A stretch of 64,000 bases of DNA, taken from Bacteroidota bacterium. GTDB taxonomy: Bacteria; Bacteroidota; Rhodothermia; Rhodothermales; Rubricoccaceae. The position numbers and the translations under genes are program-made. Below, one piece after another: positions 58,003 to 64,000 of this stretch. The notes beneath the pieces are model-generated. The model was not told the DNA's origin. It did not search any database and saw nothing but the letters and a program-made list of their open reading frames with translations. The stretch is from positions 44,914 through 108,913 of the forward strand of contig JBCBEX010000002.1 of the NCBI GenBank assembly GCA_038528235.1. The letters run 5' to 3'. Numbering within the stretch: position 1 is the stretch's first letter; the number at the start of each line of letters is the position of its first letter.

Positions 58003-58066
58003 GTGCCTGGTATTTTCCTGGGGCGCTCGCGCGCGCCGACCTCCCCCCAACCTATCCCACCTTTCC

Positions 58067-58792
58067 ATGGAATCACCCCAGCCCACGCCCTTCCGCGCCC
58101 AACGCCCCATGACCCCTCGTGACCAGGAGAACTGGACGCGCTCGCAGAACCGAGACTCGTGGCTCGTCTTCCGCATCATGAGCGAGTTTGTGGAGGGCTT
58201 CTCGACCCTTGCCGAGACCGGCCCGAGCGTGACCGTCTTCGGTTCGGCGCGGACCAAGGAAGGCCAGCCGTACTACGAGATGGCACGGGCGCTCGGGCGC
58301 GAACTGGCCAGCGAGGGCTACGCGACCGTCACAGGAGGCGGGCCGGGCATCATGGAGGCGGCCAACCGTGGCGCCCACGAAGCCGGGGGCGTGTCAGTGG
58401 GCCTCAACATCATCCTCCCGTTCGAGCAGGGGTCCAATCCTTACATCGACCACGACAAGACGCTCTCCTTCGACTTCTTCTTCGTACGCAAGACGCTCCT
58501 CGTGAAGTACGCCCAGGGCATCGTGGTGATGCCGGGAGGCTTCGGCACCATGGACGAGTTGTTCGAGGCACTCACGCTCATCCAGACGCACAAGGAGGCC
58601 CGCTTCCCGGTTATCCTGATGGGCGTGGACTATTGGTCGGGCCTCCTCGACTGGCTGCGCACCCACATGCTCGGTGCGGGCAACATCTCGCCGAAGGACC
58701 TCGACCTGTTCACCCTGACGGACGATCCCGCCGAAGCTGTCGCCCGGATTGTTCAGTTTTGCCAGGCCGAGGGCGTCGCCCCCAATTTTTAA
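58067..58792 (+). CDS. LOG-family (TIGR00730) Rossmann-fold nucleotide-binding protein
   Basis: Motifs VTVFGSAR, TGGGPGIMEAANRGA and PGGFGTMDELFE. Internal ATG at 58067. Confidence 0.85.
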   Translation: MESPQPTPFRAQRPMTPRDQENWTRSQNRDSWLVFRIMSEFVEGFSTLAETGPSVTVFGSARTKEGQPYYEMARALGRELASEGYATVTGGGPGIMEAANRGAHEAGGVSVGLNIILPFEQGSNPYIDHDKTLSFDFFFVRKTLLVKYAQGIVVMPGGFGTMDELFEALTLIQTHKEARFPVILMGVDYWSGLLDWLRTHMLGAGNISPKDLDLFTLTDDPAEAVARIVQFCQAEGVAPNF

Positions 58793-58953
58793 GGGCCGCA
58801 TCGGTTCTTTGTGCAACCTTCATCCGACCTCGGTGTCTTTTTGGTTGGTTGCACGAATACGTCCCGTTGGCCCGTTCAGAACCCGGAGTGCGTGTTACCT
58901 CGCTGCCCCGCATCGCGTCTTAGGGCACCGGGGTACCCCCTTTCCCCCTGACG

Positions 58954-58968
58954 TGGCACATCGTTGGC
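58954..58968 (+). promoter_or_regulatory. weak sigma-54-type promoter candidate (TGGCAC-N5-TGGC)
   Basis: TGGCACATCGTTGGC lies 72-86 nt upstream of the TPR-like gene. The -12 element has one mismatch to TTGC. Confidence 0.25.
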
Positions 58969-59039
58969 CGGATCCCTGCCCGGTGCGCTCCGTTTGACCA
59001 CCGCTTCTCACTCCAGATCGCTAACAAATAGCTCCTTAC

Positions 59040-60059
59040 ATGTCCCGACTAGCTCTCCTGCTCCTGTTCGCTCTCGTCGCTGTGCCTGCCGTTGCGCAGT
59101 CCACGGAGGAGACCCCCATGGCCGACGCGGCCGAGATGACGGAGTCCGCTGAGATGGCCGATGAGGCCGCCCCTGCCGAGGGTGCCGCCGACGCACGCAC
59201 GGCCTACACCCAGAAGCTCGAAGAGGCGCAAGCCGCCGCTGAAGCGGACACGGCCGAAGGCTACCTCCAAGCCGCCAGCCTCTACCTGGAAGCGCGTGAC
59301 ATCGCGGCGGAGTCGGGCGACGACGAACTCGTTCCCTTCGCAGCTTCCGCCACGGAGAGCGCGGTGGCCTCCTACAAGAGCGCCGGTGATGCCTACAAGG
59401 CCGCCGCCGAGGCCGCTGGCGAGGACGAGGCCGCCGCAGCCACGGCCTACATGAGCGCTGCCGAGCAGTTCGTCCTAGCCGCCGACCTCACGTCAGGGCT
59501 GGACAACGCCGGCAACGAGGCAACCCTCCGCTACTTCGCCGGCGACGCCTACGCCGACGGGGGCGACTTCGAGAACGGCATGGCCCAGCTCAACACGGCC
59601 ATCGAGCTCGCGCCGGAGGAGTACAACTTCCAGCTCGTCCGTGCCCAGGTGATGATGAAGTCGGGCGACATGGAAGGCGCGCAGACCTCGCTCACCGAAC
59701 TCATCGCCACGACCGAGGCGGCTGGCGAGTCGAGCGTGAACAGCATGGCGGGCCAGATGCTCGGCATGACCTACCTCCGCGCGGCCAATGCGCAGATCAA
59801 AGACAAGGACTACAGCGCAGGCATCGCCACCCTCGACGAGGCGGCTCCGCTGCTCGGCGAGGACAACGAGACGCTCAACAAGCTCTACGCTGGCGCCTAC
59901 TACCGGCTCGGCGCGGCCCAGGTGCAGAGCGAGAGCTTCGGCCCCGCCCAGTCGAACCTGGAGCAGGCCCTCGCCTACGCCCGCCGCGCGGGGATGGACC
60001 GCATCGTCGGTGCAGCCCAGCAGCAGCTCGACTACATCGCCGAGGTCTCGGGCAACTAA
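59040..60059 (+). CDS. secreted TPR-like helical repeat protein
   Basis: Signal peptide MSRLALLLLFALVAVPAVAQ, an acidic Ala-rich region, then TPR-like repeats. Confidence 0.55.
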   Translation: MSRLALLLLFALVAVPAVAQSTEETPMADAAEMTESAEMADEAAPAEGAADARTAYTQKLEEAQAAAEADTAEGYLQAASLYLEARDIAAESGDDELVPFAASATESAVASYKSAGDAYKAAAEAAGEDEAAAATAYMSAAEQFVLAADLTSGLDNAGNEATLRYFAGDAYADGGDFENGMAQLNTAIELAPEEYNFQLVRAQVMMKSGDMEGAQTSLTELIATTEAAGESSVNSMAGQMLGMTYLRAANAQIKDKDYSAGIATLDEAAPLLGEDNETLNKLYAGAYYRLGAAQVQSESFGPAQSNLEQALAYARRAGMDRIVGAAQQQLDYIAEVSGN

Positions 60060-60104
60060 GCCCCGACGCTTAAGCCCCGACGCTGACGCGACCCGCTGAA
60101 ACGC

Positions 60105-60146
60105 GAAACCGCCGCCTCGGTATGTCCGAGGCGGCGGTTTCTTTAT
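60105..60146 (+). terminator. rho-independent terminator
   Basis: GAAACCGCCGCCTCGG-TATGT-CCGAGGCGGCGGTTTC followed by TTTAT. Confidence 0.8.
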
Positions 60147-60508
60147 GCCCGTGCCCACGGCAGTGGGCGGCCGGCGGAAGGCCGTGAGGCGATTGCTCCT
60201 ACACCGTGTGGCGGCTCCCCATCCAGATCACGGCAACGAGGAAGAGCACCGCAAGCAGCACGCTCGCGATGGGCAGCCATTCAAGACCGGTGCCCGTCGG
60301 GTAGGGCGGGTCTTTGAGGAGAAGGAGCACAGAAAGCAGCATCATGGAATGGTCAGGCTGAGGTGAGGCGAGGGCGGACAGCGCGAACATAGCCCATGCC
60401 TAGGAATCGGTTCCGATCCGGTCCGCGCATCGCCTCCTCCACGGCGAAGGTAGAAAGACGGATGCGCCTCCGCCGGCCCAAGCCCCTTAGCTGTAGCCGT
60501 TGCAAAAA

Positions 60509-61264
60509 CTACCGGGTCGTGACATTATCAATGTCGATAGCAGCATCGGAAATCAGCACGAGGCGTTGAAACTTCAAGAGCTGAGAAGCGCGGTAGCCGA
60601 ACCCTTGATCGGTCGCGTTGAATGGCGCAATCCCCGGAGTCGGATCGGTGAAGTTAGACCCTCCGAGAATGGGCTGGCCCAGACCGTCCTGGTTGTAGTC
60701 GTACCGCTTACTGTAGACGACATCACCGTTTTTCGTGAACCGCGAGTAGTGGACGGACGAAGGTCTCTGCACGGAAATGGCGCGCGCCTCGTACCTGCCT
60801 CGTCCCATTTCCTCCACGTCGTTGAAGTGCGTCTTTGCGCCGTCTAGGAGATACTGGGTCTCAACGTTCCAGATGTGCGCATAGGGGTGCTTCTTGGGAA
60901 TAAACCGGAACGTGACCGGCCTTTGCGGCCTGTACGTCACGACCATGGCGAAGTTATCCGCTGTCTCGAAGCAAGCATGGACCTTTCCTTGAGACCCCAA
61001 TTCCCCCAGTGTGAAGTAGACATTCAACTCCTCTAGTTCGCCGAGATTGAACTCGAGGCTGGGATCAGTGGGATCTGGACAACCGTCCAGTTGAGGGTTA
61101 GTAACAACCCCTCCCTCGCTGGCATCAGCAAACGGAGACGAGCTGACATCTGGCGAGGGCGTCTGGGCTGTATCACAGGCAGCGAGTACGAAGACGGCGG
61201 CTAGAAGTAGGGCTCCAGTGGTACCCAAACTGAGAGCGCGAGAGAAGATGGTGGACTGCATCAT
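60509..61264 (-). CDS. putative lipoprotein, lower GC, function unknown
   Basis: Lipobox LLLAAVFVLAAC. Visibly lower GC than the flanks. No domain recognised. Confidence 0.55.
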   Translation of the reverse strand: MMQSTIFSRALSLGTTGALLLAAVFVLAACDTAQTPSPDVSSSPFADASEGGVVTNPQLDGCPDPTDPSLEFNLGELEELNVYFTLGELGSQGKVHACFETADNFAMVVTYRPQRPVTFRFIPKKHPYAHIWNVETQYLLDGAKTHFNDVEEMGRGRYEARAISVQRPSSVHYSRFTKNGDVVYSKRYDYNQDGLGQPILGGSNFTDPTPGIAPFNATDQGFGYRASQLLKFQRLVLISDAAIDIDNVTTR

Positions 61265-61318
61265 GGGTGGGGTTAGGTGAGATGAGGGCGCACGCGAGAG
61301 CCGGCTCGAAGACCATAC

Positions 61319-61975
61319 TCATGTGACGCCGTGTTGCCAGGCCCAGGCGACCGCCTCGCGGCTGGTGCTGACCCCGAGCTTGGCGTAGATGTTGGACACG
61401 TGGTTTCGGACCGTGTTGACCGCGATGAAGAGGGCTTCGGCGATGCCTTCGTTGGAGTGGCCGTGGGCCATCATGCGGAGCACCGACTCCTCGCGGGCGC
61501 TGAGGCCGCTGTCCTCCTCAGCTGGAATTGGCGTGACGAACCACCGACTCTCGCCGCGTGCGACCGCCTTGATCGCTTCGACGACGAGAGACGGGGCCTT
61601 GTCCTTCGTGAGATAGCCAGAGGCCCCTGTCTGCAGCAGCCGTGTCACGTAGGCGGCACTGTCATACGCCGAATAGGCCAGGACGCGGGTGACCAGATTC
61701 TGCTCTGCGATCCGTTCGGCGACCTCGTAGCCCGGCACCGACGGGAGTTCCATGTCAAGCAGCAACACGTCCGGCTCCAGCCGCTCGACCAAGCGCAGGG
61801 CGATGGCGCCGTCCCCAGCTTCGCCGACCACGTTGAGGCCAGGATCCGCGTCAATCACGCGGCGAAGCCCCTGGCGCAAAATCGGGTGATCGTCCACGAC
61901 AATCACGGAGATGGGAGCAAAGACACTTGCGAGGCCTCCCGTCGGAGACTGCATGCCAGAGGAAGAAGCGGTCAT
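61319..61975 (-). CDS. LuxR/NarL-family response regulator
   Basis: REC domain (VIVVDDHP...LLDMELP) plus a C-terminal LuxR HTH (LSAREESVLRMMAHGHSNEGIAEALFIAVNTVRNHVSNIYAKLGV). Confidence 0.85.
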   Translation of the reverse strand: MTASSSGMQSPTGGLASVFAPISVIVVDDHPILRQGLRRVIDADPGLNVVGEAGDGAIALRLVERLEPDVLLLDMELPSVPGYEVAERIAEQNLVTRVLAYSAYDSAAYVTRLLQTGASGYLTKDKAPSLVVEAIKAVARGESRWFVTPIPAEEDSGLSAREESVLRMMAHGHSNEGIAEALFIAVNTVRNHVSNIYAKLGVSTSREAVAWAWQHGVT

Positions 61976-62014
61976 GGTCCTCGAGGTAAAACAGGTTCAG
62001 CAGGACGGGGGTGG

Positions 62015-63211
62015 TTAGCGGGAGGAAGCAGCCGGTGCCGTGGCCCGTGGCGGAGCAGCCGTAGAGCCACGCGGGGCAACAACGACGCGCTCGGGGATGC
62101 TGAACGTGACGCGCATGCCAGGATGTAGCCGCTCCCAGTCCACCATGCCGCCCAGCAGCGTTGCACGCTCGTGGATGCCCAGCAGGCCGAATCCTCCATC
62201 CTCTGAGCTTGCCATCAAACGGCCCGCCTGGGCCTCGAAGTCCAGCGCACTAGGGTCGAACCCGTCGCCGTCGTCTTCGATGACCAGACGGAGCATACCC
62301 CGTTCTTGCTGCATCCGGACCCGCACAGCGGTTGGCCGGCCGTGCTGCAGCGCGTTGGACACGGCTTCCTGCGTGATGCGGAAGAGCGAGAGCCGCGCAT
62401 CTTGCTGCAGTGCAGGCCATTCCTGCTCCACCTCCAACTCGATGTCGAGACCACCCTCCCGCTCGCGGAGGCGCTCGAACAGCCCCTCCAGGGCTGGCGC
62501 AATGCCAAACGGGGCGAGCGCAGGCGGCAACAGTCCCTCGCTGATGGCACGGAGTTCACGAATCGTCTCGTTGACCTGAGCACCCATCGCGTGCTCAGGG
62601 CCTTCCGCTTGCAGCGATAGTTCCAAGGCGAGCGCATGCAAGTCTTGGACGGGGCCATCGTGTACCTCGCGTGCAATCCGTCGACGCTCGGCCTCCTGGC
62701 TCCGCTCCTGCAACAAGCGCGACTGGAGAAGCTGCAGCCGCCGCTTGCGCTCCCTGCGAAGGAGCAGACTGAGCGCTAGCACTCCCATGCCTAGCAGCCC
62801 CACAACGACGAGCAGAAGAAGCCCGGCCAGGGAAAACGACTGATCCAGCACGAGCCGAAGCCCTTCGCTGTCGACGCCCACCTCTAGCTCAGACCTCGAA
62901 ATCGAGTCTGCTCGGACCAGGTCATCGTAGTGGCTCACCAGCGCGCGCAAGATGACCGGCTTGAACGAGATGGCCCCCGCCCCGCCCTCAACCAACTCAA
63001 TCGAGACAAGGCTGTCGGGTACGAGTGTGTATGTGTAGATCAACAGCTCGCCGCTGTCCGCCTCGATGATCAACTCGCCCTCGACCCACCGATCTGACTC
63101 CTCGGCACTCTGGGCGTCTCCGGCGGGCGTCGGCGCAGGCTGCGCAAGGGAATCCGGAGAGGCCATCAGCAAAACGGCTCCCAGGGCAAGCACACGCCCC
63201 ACGGCGCACAT
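62015..63211 (-). CDS. sensor histidine kinase (HisKA_3/NarX-type)
   Basis: H-box IAREVHDGPVQDL and a HATPase_c tail, with signal/TM segments. Start at ATG 63211 (MCAVGRVLALGAVLL) or 63262. Confidence 0.75.
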   Translation of the reverse strand: MCAVGRVLALGAVLLMASPDSLAQPAPTPAGDAQSAEESDRWVEGELIIEADSGELLIYTYTLVPDSLVSIELVEGGAGAISFKPVILRALVSHYDDLVRADSISRSELEVGVDSEGLRLVLDQSFSLAGLLLLVVVGLLGMGVLALSLLLRRERKRRLQLLQSRLLQERSQEAERRRIAREVHDGPVQDLHALALELSLQAEGPEHAMGAQVNETIRELRAISEGLLPPALAPFGIAPALEGLFERLREREGGLDIELEVEQEWPALQQDARLSLFRITQEAVSNALQHGRPTAVRVRMQQERGMLRLVIEDDGDGFDPSALDFEAQAGRLMASSEDGGFGLLGIHERATLLGGMVDWERLHPGMRVTFSIPERVVVAPRGSTAAPPRATAPAASSR

Positions 63212-63533
63212 CCGGACCTTCAAGGTTCCAGGCAGGCAGCATCGAGGGGCAAGAGCACGCATGCACGTAGTGCGGTGGATTGGGTGAGGTCGCGCAAGGT
63301 ATTCGATCGAAGAAGGCAAGAGATAGTCCTCCTGCACTAATCCGCGTCCACAAAGAGGTGCCCGCTCGTGTGACGAAGGCAGCATGCTCGTAGCCGCCGT
63401 TCCCCAGCGCTGACCTCGCAAGCGCGCTAGTCGAAATGGCGCGCCTGATCCACAGCAGAGGTCGGCCCGCTGTCCAATTTGGTCCCATCAGCGACAGCAC
63501 GGTGCCGTCGCACTCGTCAACCCACACACTCCC

Positions 63534-64000
63534 ATGCACTACGCATCCTACTTACACCCTACCCGCTGGGCGTCCTTGCTGGCTCTCACGTGTGTCCTAC
63601 TGCTCTCGGCGTGCGACACCCTCGACGACACCGAAGGCGTCGCGGCAGCCCCGCAGGCGTTCTCCTCGGCGAGCGGCTCCGCCACCGACCACCGCATCAC
63701 GTTCCAGACCCAAAAGGAATTTGAGGAGGTCTACGCCCTGCTTGCCGCGGGCGACGAGTCGGACCTCAACGCCTACGAGAAAGAGCGCGGCTTCACGTCG
63801 ATGCGCTCAGCCGAGGCGTCCGACGCCAACGCGACGAAAAAAGGCAACATGGCGCCCGAAGACGCCTACGTCGGCGTCATCGAAGACCCAGTCCTTGCGA
63901 CGCTCGTGAGCCCGCAGGGCCTCATCCAGATCGGCGAGGCGCTCTACAAGGTCGGGGAGGAATACGTCTTCGAGGGCACCAAGTACGACGCGGAGTACTT
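63534..64000 (+). CDS. putative lipoprotein, 5' partial (runs off the window)
   Basis: Hand translation from ATG 63534 gives MHYASYLHPTRWASLLALTCVLLLSAC... and stays open to the window end. It is absent from the track because it has no stop. Confidence 0.5.
   Translation, partial: MHYASYLHPTRWASLLALTCVLLLSACDTLDDTEGVAAAPQAFSSASGSATDHRITFQTQKEFEEVYALLAAGDESDLNAYEKERGFTSMRSAEASDANATKKGNMAPEDAYVGVIEDPVLATLVSPQGLIQIGEALYKVGEEYVFEGTKYDAEY

Noticed and set aside
60199-60390. 63-aa minus-strand ORF with hydrophobic segments after the TPR-gene terminator.
   Set aside because: Possibly a small membrane protein, but it has no supporting motif and an ambiguous start. The evidence is too weak to list as a feature.
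63436-63909. 157-aa track ORF at the window end.
   Set aside because: Its translation is Pro/Arg/Ser/Thr-rich and low-complexity. The overlapping frame from ATG 63534 gives a clean lipoprotein signal and normal composition and is preferred.

Overview
Visibly high-GC bacterial chromosomal window (GC not computed exactly). The gene content suggests a Bacteroidota/Rhodothermota-type organism: an ECF sigma/FecR/TonB-dependent receptor trio with a CarboxypepD_reg-like domain, fasciclin lipoproteins and SpmA/SpmB. That taxon assignment is a guess. I support about 70 protein genes, one tRNA-Glu(CUC), several rho-independent terminators, several short tandem repeats and one MITE-like element. Most ORFs in the supplied track are alternative-frame or antisense shadows typical of high-GC DNA, and many real genes start at internal ATG/GTG codons of the listed ORFs; these were re-derived by hand. 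Housekeeping content includes a dynamin-like GTPase, a BacNaV-like channel, RNase D, thioredoxin-fold lipoproteins, an M14 carboxypeptidase, an acyl-CoA dehydrogenase and hisI. It also includes a PHA-granule cluster (PhaR, two phasins, a patatin), cbb3 oxidase accessory genes (ccoG, a short FixH-like ORF, ccoI and a 51-aa ccoS absent from the ORF track), Na/Pi transporter plus PhoU, a Ser/Thr kinase-TPR protein, an NtrC-type regulator, mgtE, a LOG-family protein and a LuxR-type two-component system. The most unusual structure lies at 14.5-18.5 kb. The last 147 nt of the acyl-CoA dehydrogenase gene is repeated three times in direct orientation, plus a fourth 37-nt copy, and each copy ends in a stop codon. 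These copies bracket three small cargo cassettes: an orphan ORF plus HicAB, a PIN gene plus partner, and AraC plus a hydrolase. No recombinase is present anywhere in the window, so this looks like an integron-like stack of att-bounded cassettes at a protein-gene 3' end. Other notable items are heptanucleotide tandem repeats abutting two gene starts, a low-GC islet carrying a divergent S16-like gene, a Ras/Rab-like small GTPase next to a histidine kinase and a sigma-54 regulator, a three-gene pseudopilin-like operon without prepilin motifs, and a nested-palindrome MITE that supplies the mgtE stop codon.
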